Origin: Lama glama
Lineage: Eukaryota
DNA length: 64,000 bases
Assembly (NCBI GenBank): GCA_028534125.1
Contig: CM052816.1
Location: 47,246,001-47,310,000 of the forward strand
Direction of reading: 5' to 3'
The notes under the pieces were generated by a model, which was not told where the DNA came from, searched no databases, and saw only the letters and a list, made by a program, of their open reading frames with translations. Shown here in pieces: positions 40,529 through 53,205 of this stretch (position 1 is the stretch's first letter; each line of letters begins with the position of its first letter). Both the position numbers and the translations under genes were made by a program.

Positions 40529-43500
40529 AGAGAGGATACAATTGCCTCTCAAATCGCAGTGCTGGGAAGGGCAGGCTCGGTGGGACGGGAAGGAGGCGCG
40601 CGTGTCTGCCACTCGCGAACTCGGCCCCTGGCCCAGTCCTCCCCTCGCCAGCCGGGTGAGAACGCGGGAAATGGGTGGGAAGTGGCACCCCCTAGTTCTG
40701 CATTCTTGCTTATGCTGGAGGACATTGCTTGCGGTCTAGCTTTTGTCTTGATTTACTTTTTTGACTTCTACTTTTCCTTTTCTGTTTGGAAACATGTAGC
40801 TGTTCTATTTACCGCCCCCCCTCCGCCGCCAACACGTCCTCTTTGCCCTTTGTCTGCACCCCTAGCGCCCAAGATGATGTGTCAGCAGCTATCCTGACTT
40901 GCTTCGAGTGACCAGAGCCACCGCCTCGTCTGCCAGCCCTGACCCCCGAGAGCCCCGAGGTCATACAGCTCGATTCCAGGAGTGGGGTCCCCCCTCTCTG
41001 GGCACTGCTTTGGGGATTTTTCCACCCACCACGGATTGGAAGTCAGAGAGCAACCACTATCAAGGGCGTTACAACAGCGAGAAGCCCGGCGAAAGGCTGG
41101 GCCAAGCCCCACCTACATCCTCTCCTTTGGTCTCAAAGACTTCTTAGGGACCCTAGCCCCTTCTCTTCATCGAAGCTTTACACCTCTCTTCTGTTCATGA
41201 ATTCCCAACAGGAAGGCAGGCGACGAGGGAGGGACCATGGGGGAAAAAAAGAGAGAACAGGAGACACATTATATATTTATTTTATATAAAGAGATGGATA
41301 CATATATAATTTTAGATTTTCTTACGAATTAGAGTGCTGAGGCTACAGGAAACCTATTTTTAACACCCTCTTCTCTCATAACGGCCTTGATTGCTTAAAT
41401 TGCTTCTAATTGGGTGGCACACGTTACTGGAGACGAAGGACGCATGACAAGCAGCTCTCATTCTTTTGCAGATTTAGATGTCTCCGGATGAATATATTTC
41501 CTGATCAGGGACAAACTAGAAAACTCAAACTGCCCACAGTTTTCCTAAGGGGTTTGTGCAAGAGGGGAGAACTGTCTTGACCATCACACAGTCATGCAAA
41601 TAGATGGCATTTTACAGAATACACCGCATAATAATCCAGTGCCAACGTTTTCCTGGCTTGACACAAAGAGTAAACATACTTTTTTTTAAAACTCACTTAG
41701 CCTTCTCTTACTTAGCGTCTGTAAAAGTTTTCAGCAAATCTCTTTTAAAACGTGCATAGACATTAGCTTCTCCCTCCCTCCGCCTTCCCCTTGCCCAAGG
41801 CTTGGGCGGCCCTGTGTGCCCCTGGTGTGGCGTGCCAGCCCCGACAGCCTCGAGCAAGGTCATTACCGTGCGGGCGGGCGCATTTTAGCATCTCGGGAGA
41901 GTCGGCGACCCGCCGGTACCCTGGGAGAGTAGTTCTTGGATCACTCAGAAGTGTGTCCGCAACTTGAGTGTGCTGAGGGATAGGGTCCGAGGTGAGGGCT
42001 AATTTGTCTAAGGTGCTCTCTGGCCACTGGTGGGTAGGGCGCCTCAGAGAACAAACATCTGAAGATGGTGAATTGAAATACGGTCAACTGAACAAATGTG
42101 ACATAGAGACATAAATCTCCTTATCTCCCCAAACTGCAGTTTCACTTTTTGCTTTACCTCTAAACAAATACATAAAGTTGTATTAGGCCAGAAGAAACAT
42201 GTCTAGAAGAAATGTCCCTTACTGTGTCAACTTTAAAGGCGCCGGATTTTCCTTGCAATTCTTTGTTTTTATGAAAAGAAAAACCCAGAATGGCACGGGG
42301 AAACCCTCTTGAGGGCACCTTAAATTGCATCACAGCAGAGTCCTGGGCAAAGCTGCAACACCCCAGGGCAAGGGCGCTTGTGGGTCCTTCAAAGGCGAGT
42401 CCACCCAGGTCACCTGCCTGGAGAGTAGGGCGGAGGCAGCATCCCTGCCCCTAGCGAGTCGCCTGCTCCTTGCCCGCTGAGCTCATGCACAACTTTTCCA
42501 TTTATGCATCAAAGTAAGAACACCTCGATTTTGGATTAATCTAATACTTATGGTGCATTAAAGGCCAACTGCTATACAGCTTTACATTTTACATTGGCCC
42601 TCAGAGTGAGTTTATTAGCTTCATGAAGAAAGATTTGGGCAATAAGGAATTCTCAACGGTGGCATTCCAATTTTGGTTCCTGCCGTAGGCATGCATGTGC
42701 CTCACCTCTGGCCTTGGTTGGGTCCCAAATAGTGCTGAAACTCCCTGGCTGTCTTTAGAAGGTTCTCACTTATGCAAGCGGCCTCTCTACTAGTTCCTTG
42801 AAGGGTGGAGGTACAACGTCGAGGAAAACATCCCGCGTTGGAGGCACTGGCAACTCTAAAGGGTCATAAAAATCCCTCCCTTTTGGCGACGGTTTAAAAA
42901 AAAAAACTGAGAGGCAACATCAAAGCTTCTTTAAAAAAAGAAAGTAGCCCTGGTGGCTCAAACCCGATCTTTTGGCTGGCAAAGAAACAATTTCCTGGAA
43001 ACGAAATTGACATTCAAAGAGGATGAGGCAAAGCTCAGCGCCCTTGGCCACATTTTGGACCCCAGAATGGCACTTCCCGTCCCCAGCCCGTTTAGAAAGA
43101 GAAAGGAAAAGGAGCGGAGAGAGGGCAAAAAGGGGGAGAGGGGAGGGCGCAGGAGAGAAAGAAAGGGAAAAGAGGGGATATTTAGCAAGTTAAGAGGTTA
43201 AATATTTGAACAGATATGTAAATATATAGACAGCCCTTGTTATTTGGAATGTGTAATACTGCCTTTTGTGGTGCCGTCTGGCTGGGAGGTTGCGGAGAGG
43301 ACCGCTCGCTCCCCAGCACCTTCCTTCCTGGGAAATTAACTGGAGAGTTCAGGAGCTCACAAAACAAAAATAAGGGTACTCTCCTTTGGGGAAAGGGGAT
43401 TCTTCTTCTGTCCTGTCTTTAAAAAATAAGAAAGACGGGGGGAAAAAGAAACTAAAGGAGAAGCATAATAAATGAAAAAAATTTTTTTCTCCTTAGGTGT

Positions 43501-43639
43501 GATTTTTCAGGAGCATCCAGAAAGCCATCTTCAGGCTGAAGTAATTTCAAAGTATTGTTTAAGCTGATGATATACTCTAGCTCTCAGTTATCTATTGTGC
43601 ATCCATTATTTCTTTGAGCCCAACTCTCTTGTCTGAAAA

Positions 43640-44141
43640 GCGTGCGTGCGTGCGTGTCTGTGTCTGTGTCTGTGTCTGTGTGTGTTTACACACACTGGGC
43701 TCACTAACGGTGCTTCCGTGGCTGAGCAGGGTGGGTTTCTTTATGTTTTTCTCGCGTTAGTGTTTTCTGGAAAACTGCACTGAGCACTGTCGATGGCATC
43801 TATCTTCTGCTTGTGCCCGTGGGAGGAGGACACAGCCTGTGGGTGTGTCCCGCCCACCGTTGCGCCGGCGTGTGCGTGCGCGCGGGCGCGCCTGTGTGTG
43901 TGTGTGTGTACGCATTCTCTGATGTGTGCCTCAAATGGAGCCTTTTTTTTTTGGCCTGTGTCTGCGTGCTGTGTATATTAGTATTATGCAAATAGAATCA
44001 TTCCGCTTGAGTATTTTTTGGAGGGGGAGGGTATGAGCCATTTAAATTCTTCTCTCAGATTTTCTCAGCATTCTTTCCACTGCGTGTAAATTCACTTGGA
44101 TGCCTTTTCTGTGGTCTGTGTGTGTGTGTGTGTGTGTGTGT
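43640..44141. repeat. Alternating purine-pyrimidine microsatellites: (CGTG)n/(TGTCTG)n, (CG)n(TG)n and (TG)12
   Basis: Tracts at about 43640-43685, 43868-43912 and 44117-44141. Confidence 0.9.
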
Positions 44142-44616
44142 GGTAGTGGTAGTGTTCTGGTCAGTAGATGTGTGGGAGTGTGGATAGCCTATGAGCACCT
44201 TGTGAGTGATGTGTGTTCTCTCCTGTATGTCTCTGCCCCCTCCATATTTTGTGTTCTCAGGATGATTATGTGCATATTTACATATGTGTGCCTATTCTGT
44301 CTACATGTATTGTCTTTCTCTGTAATCCACCCATTTCATATTTATTCTCTTATCTTTTGCAAAGTGCCTTTTTTTTCATTCCTCGAAGAATATTTATTGC
44401 TGTGATAATCTGAAATGAAAAGTGGTCTCCCATGAAGGAGATGGAAGAGAAAGGAGTGTTCATCTTTCTTAATAGACGGGGCAGAGCCAGTTGACTGGAT
44501 CACAGGGTTTCTCTGCACTTTCTGCGTGTCTGTGTGGTGGGGGGTGGGGACAGGCAGGGAGGTGGGGTGCGGGTGAGAGGAGAAAAGCAGCTTTTAACCA
44601 GAACAAAGATGGGACA

Positions 44617-44635
44617 TTGCGCCCCCTCGCGGCCA
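44617..44635 (-). promoter_or_regulatory. CTCF core motif
   Basis: Minus strand reads TGGCCGCGAGGGGGCGCAA versus consensus TGGCCACCAGGGGGCGCTA. Confidence 0.75.
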
Positions 44636-44749
44636 GGCTTCATATTGCGCAGACCTGGCCCTCTGTGGCTTTCTGTAGCTAAATGAATCTTATAATTTCC
44701 TCCGTCAAACCATTCAGCAGCCGCTTCTCAGACCCGGCCTCCAGCCCCC

Positions 44750-44940
44750 AGCCAATCACCAGGCGCCATGCAAATCACCTCTTCCGTTCTCCAAACCGGC
44801 GTCCGCTTTAGCAGCCGCTCTTGCCGCCCCGCCCCCGCCTAATTCCTCCCCTCTCCACCCCCTCCCTCCTCCGCTCCCGCCCGAGCAGCTGCCGAGGACG
44901 AGGGCAGTGCCGAGTGCCTCATGCATATGCAGATGATCTC
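44750..44940. promoter_or_regulatory. Promoter-like motif cluster: CCAAT, octamer, GC boxes, MORE-like palindrome
   Basis: gCCAATc at 44752, ATGCAAAT at 44768-44775, ccgccccgcccccgcc at about 44824-44839, ATGCATATGCAG at 44921-44932. Confidence 0.6.
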
Positions 44941-45964
44941 CCTCTCCCTTCCGTCTTCTCCTGCCCCCCCGCCCCCTCCTCCCTCAGCTCAGTCCCCTCC
45001 CAACCTCCCGCCGGCGTCTCCTCCGGTTTCCCCGCCGCGTCCGCGCGCCTCAACGTGCAGTTCTCCGAGCTCTGGTCCCCGGCAGCTGTGTTCCTGAAGG
45101 AGGCCTACGCGCGCTCTCGGAGCAGGCGAGGGAAAGGGAAGAAGGCACTACCCTTGAAATCCTCTCGAAGGTCAAGTTTGAGGCTTGCTGAACAGAGGCC
45201 AAAGGCGGCGAAAATGCCTCTGCAGGGTCTGCCGGAAGGTTCTGCATGGAGACTGATTTTGAAATGCCTTTCTCCTCTTAAACACCAGATTAATTTCTCT
45301 GAAACACAGTGTACTGGTCACGTCCAAAGGCAGGATGATGACAGATGATTTTGTAAGCCCAGGGCTGCAGTATTTATTTGTCTTGTACGTCAGGCTACAC
45401 AGCTCCTTAAACCGCGAAGAACTGGAGATGTGATCAAACAGTATTAGATCTACTCAGTAGTATTAGAGAGAGAGAAGTGAGGGAGTGGGGAGAGGGGGCG
45501 AGTGATGGCTCGAGACCTGCTGAAGGTGTGCCCTTTAAAGGCAGCGCCTCCAGCGGCACAGGTGACCCTTAGAGCACAAACGGGACCCATGAAAAGAAAA
45601 ATCAAATCCTCGAAGAAAAAACGAGCCTTGGGAATAGTAGGCTGTTACTGTTACTTACATCCAGACTCTGACTTACTGGCCTTTTACAGCCACCAGTAAA
45701 GGGTGCTCAACTTTGAAAGCTGCTCTGAACTGACCTTGAGGCACAATGAAGGGAAAAATGCCACTGGAGAAAATTGCGGTTTGTGTAGTGCTTTGAGATC
45801 CTCTAATAAGAAAGCAGGAAAATTGTGAAGTGACTTTGTTTCATAGATGCTTACTGTGACACAGGAATATTTAAAAGACTTCCCAGTGAAAATTGAGTCA
45901 GTTCCCCGTCAAATCTTACACCATGGAGTGGTGAGTAGAGACCACAAGATTTGAAATAATAACG

Positions 45965-46640
45965 TCAGCATTGATTCACTGACCACATTTTTATGGAGTG
46001 TTTATTGCATGCCCCATACACAGCAACATCTTCCATGTGAAACATATTATATGCACAATGAGTCTTAGGTGTATTGGAAATTAGGGAGACAAACGGGGAT
46101 TCTGGAAGGTTTCTGCCCTGGAGTTGCTCATGCTCTTGCAGGAAGAAGAGATATAACAAATGAATGTAGTACCGGGTAACATGGAGCATAGAAACAACAT
46201 AAATGTCTGGAGTACAGTGAATCAATATATTGGCATATTCCTAGAGTGAAATACTCTGCAGCAGTTAAAAATGAATAGACTGTCTTAAAAGCAATGTTGG
46301 ATAAAAATTATTTTAAAATTGATATTAATGTAATATTAATCTTTATTAAAGTAAATTTAAAAACCTCAAATAGAAAAGTTGTTAGTATATAACTACATAG
46401 TAAAAGTATAAAAACATGTCAGGGAAGGGCACATGCCAATTTCAGGATGGAGGTTGTCTCTCGGGGGAGAGAGATCCTCCAACCATTTAGGTTTTAGCTA
46501 TGTAAGTAATGTTTATTTCTCTAAAAATAAGAATTGGAAAGATGAGAGGACATGGAGAAGTGCAGGAAGGCTTTAAGGAAGAGGTGACATTGAAGCTAAG
46601 TTCTTGAAGTGATAAGCAAGAGTTTAATAGGAATATATTC
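45965..46640. mobile_element. L2 fragments with an embedded old L1 piece
   Basis: ttctgccctggagttgctcatgctc and ggaaggctttaaggaagaggtgacattgaagc (L2); gtgaaatactctgcagcagttaaaaatgaa (L1). Confidence 0.55.
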
Positions 46641-46694
46641 AAAAGACAATTCTCCCTGAATAAATGAGAAAAAGAAGTACTGAAGCTGTTACAC

Positions 46695-47175
46695 TTTTTA
46701 TATAATTTTTAATTTACATATAGGAAAATTCACTTTTGGAGGGGTATAGAAATCTGTGAGGTTTACAAATACATAGAGTCATGTAATTACCATTTCAAAT
46801 AGGAAACAGAACACTTTCATCACTCCTCTCCCCAATTCCTTTGTGCTGTCTTTTGTAGTCAACCTTTGCCCCTTGTAATCAACTCCCTCATAAGCTTAAA
46901 TTCTGGAAACTACTGGTCTGTTCTCCATCCTTAAAGTTTTGCCTTTTCCGGGATGCCTTATAAATGGAATTATACAGTAGGTAGCTTTTTTGTGTGTCAG
47001 GCTTCTTTCACTTAGCATAGTGAATTTTATCTTCATCCATGTCGTTGGGTATATCAGTAGTTTGTTCCTTTTGACTGTTAAGTCATAGTTCATTGGACTC
47101 ACCACATCCATGTGGACATACCACAGATTGCTTATCCTTTTTCCAGTTGAAGGCCATTTGATTTGTTTCTGGTGT
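46695..47175 (-). mobile_element. L1 3' UTR fragment (L1MB/MC-like)
   Basis: actactggtctgttctccatccttaaagttttgccttttcc...ataaatggaattatacagtaggtagc...cttctttcacttagcat. Confidence 0.85.
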
Positions 47176-49729
47176 ATAATTTCTTGTTCATGGTTGTTGT
47201 TCAGGGTGTTATCTTGTATAATGTGGATCTTCTGTGAATAGCTTTTGTATTATATTGATAAATGTACTGTTATCTTCTCCCAGAGGCTAAATCTGTAACC
47301 TGATATTGAATACTGTGTGATGTTGAACTAGGTGAAGCCTCCCTAGCAAAATGTATAGGAAACCACACATGTTCACAGTCATTTGGAAGTTGCCCTTCAA
47401 CTAGTTTATGCAGTAGCAAAGACTAACCAGAGATGCTGATGATCAGCATGTGTGAATTTTCATCTGTGTGGCCAATTACCTAGATTTCTAACACTTTGAG
47501 CATCTGTGTACTTCCTAGTATGGAGCGATGACTTGTTTCTAAATATTTCCTCAATCCTTGTTGAAACATTGACCTTTGCTCTCTGAGGTCCAGGCGAGCT
47601 TTACTGGCAGGCTGAGTTCCCATGCATCTGATATGGGACGACTGCTTGACACCACCAGTCTAGAGGTTTTAAACACTCGTAAGGATTCGGAGTAATCCCC
47701 AATCCTGGTGTATACTGTCAAAGGTTCAGTTTTTTCTTGTTTGGTTTCCTCTAGTTCATCTCCAGCTGGGACCCTGAAAAGCAGGCAGCTGGGACTGTGT
47801 GTACAGAGTAGGTGCTGACCCCAGTCACAGAGTATGTATGCCTGTGGGCACATGAGCATATCTTAATGCATGCCTAGGAGTCAAATGTCAATTGTTTGTG
47901 AATTACCTCCTGCTTAAAGCTTTATTTATTTATTTAAAACATTTCTAGCCCTCTTGGCTACTTGAAGCTGTCTTTGTTAAGGACAGCCATTCCAGTAATA
48001 ATGTGCAAAATAGGGAGGAGAGAAGTAAACACGGTTCACAGCCTGACTACTTTCTGGGTGTGGTTCAGAGTAGACAAGAGGACAATCTTGAAATTGTATC
48101 TGGTTGCTCCACGTGAGACTCTTCAGGTCATCTTTAGTTTCAGTGCTCATAATCATCACCCTCTGGCAAATGACTCTAGAAACAAAAATATCAACAAAAC
48201 TAGTCAACTAAAATATTTGGTAAAATGGGCACTCAGAATTTACTTTGAATAAATTCTTAAGCAAAGGATATAAATCAAGGGATATCGATGCCAATTTTAG
48301 CTCTGTGAAGGTTCTATGAGACCTTGGGAAAAAGTCTACGTTATTTGTACCACAATTTTCTAACTTAAAAAGGCAAAGGAGTAAACATGTTACTATTTAT
48401 GGTTTTAAGATTCCTGCAGCCAGAAGTACTTTATAAGCCCCAGGCTTTGCTGTAATAGAGTTCCTGCACGAATTGTGCAGGATTGTGTTGATGGGGGAAA
48501 CCTCCCATCTCCGTTTTCCTGCGTATGTTAATTAATTACAACGCACCTAAGCTTCATGTTTCCTGGTGCACTTTGAAGATTTTGAGAAAGTTGCCATTTC
48601 TGCCAAATAAGCTAATTTTCAGCCCTTTATTCAAATAAAATAATTTAGAAGCATGCACTCACTCATACCCTTTGTCATATTTGCAGCAATTGTATTTAGT
48701 AAACTTGTCCAAGCTACCGAGTGCTGGCCTGTGAAGATCCTCAGTCCAGCGACTTACACAGAGAATCACTCATTCTCCCATTAAGAGAAAATGGTCTTCG
48801 TGCTACAAAGAGATTGGTGCTGTCTTAGTGCCAAGACTGTGATTTCTAATGAGATTGAAACTCCTGAAGGTAAAAAGAGAAAAGAAGCACCTTTTAAGTG
48901 ACTGCCAATTCCATGGTCGCGGATTAAGCCAGAGCAGCTTTTGCTCTTCCAGGTACTGTCTTTGATAATGAGGTTCTATTTGAGTGTTACAGTAGTATAA
49001 TATAAATCAGTGGCTCTGGCTTTTTAAACTTTGCTTCTCTCTCCTGTAAAGCAGCGTAAGTGAGTGCCTTATCATAACGCTGGGATAATGACATCTCCAG
49101 GCCTGTGCGCTGCATTCAAAAGCGAGGAAAGCCCCAGAACGGAGTGACTCAGCAGTTCCTGACCAGGCTGCTCAACGCTCCGATGAATACCTTTGCCCCT
49201 CGGAATTAGTTATGGAGGTGCCCAGAGCTTGTGTAAAGTTCTCTGTGCCATTTGAAAAAGGTACTCTGAGAAAAGATAGGCTGATTTTTAATTTTAATGT
49301 TTTACTTACCAGTTTAAGTACATTTATAGTTTGCTTTGCAAAATGTCAACAGACATCCCAAGTGGATAACATTTAAAAAAGATTGAATTTCCTGTATTGA
49401 CTCTAATATCCTCTCAGAAATGTGGTCATCAATGCCTACAGGTTCATTTGTTAAAACAACCCATTCAAATGACTATTACAAAAATCCAACAACACTTTTT
49501 GCCATTTTCCACCTTGTCCCAAATTCTCATTGATTAGAATTCTAGCAAGATAGATTGAATGGTTTCATTCTGGTTCTGCTGCATCTAGGAAAGGCTCCAA
49601 ATGGAGTTCCCATTACAAGAGGATCCAAGGATGCTCTGAGAAGGAATTTCTATTAACCTAATAGTATTCATGATCATTTTGTATTACAAATAACATTATC
49701 CATTCGTTTATTGTACACTCAACAATCGA

Positions 49730-50200
49730 CAAAATACTTTCACATAAATTATCTCATTTCATGTAAGTTATTTCACAACAACTTCATAAATAGGTTGGTG
49801 ATAACAATTATCCTTATTTTATAGGAAAGGATACTGAGGTTCAGGAAGATTGAAAATAGCTTACTTTTTTATGAAGTGCCTTCTTTGTGGGAAGCAGTCT
49901 TCTAAGAACTTTGCATATTTTAATTCACTTGATCCAGATAACAGCTGTAGGAAGTGAATATTATTGTCATTTTGTTTGACAGATGGAACCACAGAGGTGC
50001 AGGGAGGTAAAGCAACCTGTGTGAAGCTACATGGTGAGTAAATAGTGGAGTCAAATGAGAATCCACCCCATCAAGACACAAGTGCTTAACCATCGCACCT
50101 CTCTGCCGGCCCAGGCTTTAGCAACTTGCCCCGGGAAATCTGGCCACTAAGTGTTGGGTCCTGCGTGGGTCTTCTCACTCCCATCAGAGTGCCTTTCCAT
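49730..50200 (-). mobile_element. Two nested MIR SINEs
   Basis: atccttattttataggaaaggatactgaggttcagg and ttgacagatggaaccacagaggtgcagggaggtaaagcaacctg; the first appears to resume at about 50115 (gcaacttgccccgg). Confidence 0.65.
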
Positions 50201-50849
50201 TTGGCATTTGGTTGTAACTTCTCTCATTATCTTTCACTTTATTCCCTACTACATTTTACTACCTTGTGTACTTCTCAGTTTCCCTGACTGGAGTGGGAGC
50301 TTCCTTAGTGCAGGGAAAAGAGAATGATTCCTTTTGTCCATGGATTATCCCCTCCACGGCTGCAAATTCTTCTAACCTAAGAGGGAACAAGTTGCAGTGT
50401 ATTGAACTGAATCAAAGTTGTGGGACTCCTTGAGCATTTTAAGCCTAAAAATTTACAAATGGAATTTTGGCAACATGAAAGTAAATTGACAACGGGAAGG
50501 AGGCAGTGATTAAACCAGGGAAAAAGGGAAAAGATTGATGTGATAGGAAAAAGCGAGATGGTAACAGTGTTGATACAGCCCTTACACTGCACCAGATCCT
50601 TTTTGTGTATTAACCCATTTCATCCTTGGAACATTCTATTATTATGTCTCTTTTTTTCTATGAATGGGAAGACTGAGGCACAGAAGTTATATGATCAATC
50701 CATAAATGCATGTGTTTGTGGGTGTGCATGTAAATAAGAGGGAGGAAGAAAGTAGTAGATAATTGTTTGTCCTCCCTGTCTCCCACACCAACAATTCCCA
50801 AAGGTTTTTCTGGTATTTATTTTATTTCCATCAGATATTTCCTATCTGA

Positions 50850-51600
50850 GATGCCCTATCCTACTGACTTTTTTCCAGTTCAGTCTCTGCATGGCACTGC
50901 AGTTATCTTTCTGAATTATGTATCTGATTCTTCTCTTTCTTGGTTTAAATCAATAAAGTCCTTCATTTTTTACAGGTTATGTGGCCTGCTACACCCAGCC
51001 CTCTTTTATCTTTTCATTGTCGTTTCTGCCTCCTTTCCCGGACCTTTTGTTATGGTTGTGTTTTTAAACCCTCTTTGACCCTGGATGGACCATGTACTTT
51101 AATTCTCTTGTGATTTTATCCATGTTGTCCTCTCTGCCTGGAATGCTGTTCCCTGCTATTTTACCTGGAAAATTATACTCATCCTATAGATAAAATTCAA
51201 ATGTCCTTCTTGATGAAGTCTTTTATGAGCCTACAGATAGAATTAATATATCACTCCATTAATATATACTTTAATTTACTAAAACAGCAACAGCTAACAA
51301 CTACTGAATTCTCAAGTGCTACAATTTTATTATTATTATTGATGAAGAAAAACAAGGGTCAGAGGCTTTATGTAACTTGCCTAAGATCCCATGGGTAGTG
51401 AAGTTTCAGGCAGATTTGTCTGACTTCAAACCCATAAGTTTAACCATCTGCTTTGCTCCATTGATACCACACATTAGTTGCATGTTTATGTATCTCTTTT
51501 CATTAATATGAACTGCAGTTAGTTGTTTGTGCATCCTTTTGGCCTAGTTCAGCGTCTATAACATAGAATGAACTCTGTGAATATAGTTGGAAGACTCAAT
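50850..51600. mobile_element. L2 fragment with an inserted MIR
   Basis: tgttgtcctctctgcctggaatgctgttccc (L2); gaagaaaaacaagggtcagagg...gtaacttgcctaagatcccat (MIR). Confidence 0.6.
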
Positions 51601-53054
51601 GGCTGTCACCCATTTCCAAGTCCCTGGGCTCTATTTCCCTCACCTGGCCATTCGTATCCCACACCACAGATCTGGGTCATGCTATGTCGCTCTGTTGTCC
51701 CACATTACATCTAAAGAGACTAGTCACACAATTGACCATCTTGACAACTGTAGGCTGTGAGAGCCTGTAACATCGTCAGTAGGTATGACCAGAAAATCAT
51801 GGCGTAGGTATGATTTACTCCGCAACACTTGGGTTGTGGAAACCACTGTTTGTTATATATTTCTGAGTTGACTTAGAATTGGCTTGAATGTTATCTTTTT
51901 GATAGGTATAAACTTCAATATCATACCCTTGGAGTGCCTCTTCCCCTCTTCTGGATTACCCAAGAGTTCGTAGGGTTTGCAGAGTCTCCAAAAAAGTTCC
52001 CTGGCCACTCTGGGCCCAGGAGAACAACAGGGACCAATAATACATCATTGCTTCCTGTCACCACACTGTGTGTCACAGAGCTCTGGGCTAGGATGTGCCT
52101 TTGAATGAAGGGATTGTCCCCAGGACTCTGATCTTGGCGCCCATCCTTTGAGTTCACATGCTGTCCAAGGAGCCCTGTAGATATACCACACTAGACTGCA
52201 TTTCCCATCTCAGAATCTACTGTCCCACATTCAACCCCTGAGGGTTCACCCTTCAGCAGTCTTATCTTTCCACAGCCCCAAACAAAGGGCCCATTCTCCT
52301 TTTTTCTCTGACAATAGAGTTTATTTGTTAACAGAATGGTCCAGACCATAAAAATGTAAATGTCTGTTTACTTCTACAATCAGAAGAGAGAAACATTTCC
52401 CTTCTTTTATGAAGATTTCTTCTCCCAAGGGCAGATGTGGAAAACCTCAAGGTATCTTCTTGCTAAAGGGGCAACAACGAAGCACCACTTAGATCTGTTA
52501 ATTAGGTAAGTCTTCAGTGGGGTACCCAGTGTAAAAAAACAAAAATGCCAGAATTTACTCATAAGTGCGAGTTTCCTGTTTTAAAGGAGTCACTTGCTGT
52601 ACATTATTATAATTATGTTGCCATCATTCAAACATTTAGAAAAATTCTTCAGGTTTTTAGAGGCTATGGCCCAGTCATTTTGCTCCCAAAGAAAGCAAAT
52701 ATTTATATTTGAAAATGGATTTGATTTTGTAAAGAGCCCAAAGTTATTTGGCTTAGTTTTATGAATAAAATCAGTGTGAAAAGCTGCTTCTGGTCCAAAA
52801 GAAGGTGAAACTGTAAAGTAATGACACTGGTTTCGTGAGTCTTACCAAATCCAAAAGGAATTTCCAAATGTAGCGTGAAGAATGGAGTATCGAGAAAATA
52901 AGTATACAGTTTCCAAATGTGACTACAGGAAGAATGACACAAATCTGAATATAAATATTCTGGTATATTTGTGACCAACTGTTCTCATTACTGTGTCTGA
53001 AGGTGCAGCTTGCATATTATGTCCAAAATTGTTGCTGAAAATATCTCGCAGCAG

Positions 53055-53205
53055 ACTGGTGCTTCTCAAATTCAATGTGGACATGAGTTCTCTGTGGTTA
53101 AAATGTAGATTCTGATTCAAGAGCTCTGGCATGGGGCCTGAGATTAAGCAGCTTTTCTAAGCAGTTCCCAGGTGATGGTCCAGGGACGTCTCTGAGTATC
53201 ACTAA
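53055..53205. mobile_element. MER5A-like hAT-Charlie MITE
   Basis: gttaaaatgtagattctgattcaagagctctggcatggggcctgaga...ttctaagcagttcccaggtgat. Confidence 0.8.

Larger units (their letters stand above)
39930..45560. promoter_or_regulatory. Orphan CpG-island cluster (GC/CpG-rich blocks at about 39.9-41.2, 41.8-42.0, 42.3-43.3, 43.6-43.9 and 44.6-45.3 kb)
   Basis: Abrupt rise in GC and CpG density against an AT-rich background; no recognisable interspersed repeats over about 5.5 kb; no credible coding ORF. Confidence 0.85.

Noticed and set aside
40050..40705. Additional CTCF-like motifs (about 40055 and about 40685)
   Set aside because: Mismatches at key 5' core positions; too weak to call without a PWM score.
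39871..41200. Many overlapping 60-157 aa ORFs on both strands
   Set aside because: Explained by stop-codon depletion in a GC-rich region; no homology recognised and no consistent exon structure.
41793..41807. Palindrome GCCCAAG-G-CTTGGGC
   Set aside because: 7 bp arms are expected by chance in 64 kb, and I can assign no motif.
44821..45348. 175 aa ORF in the CpG island
   Set aside because: TTG start, low-complexity Pro/Ser/Arg composition and no recognisable domain; expected by chance in GC-rich DNA.
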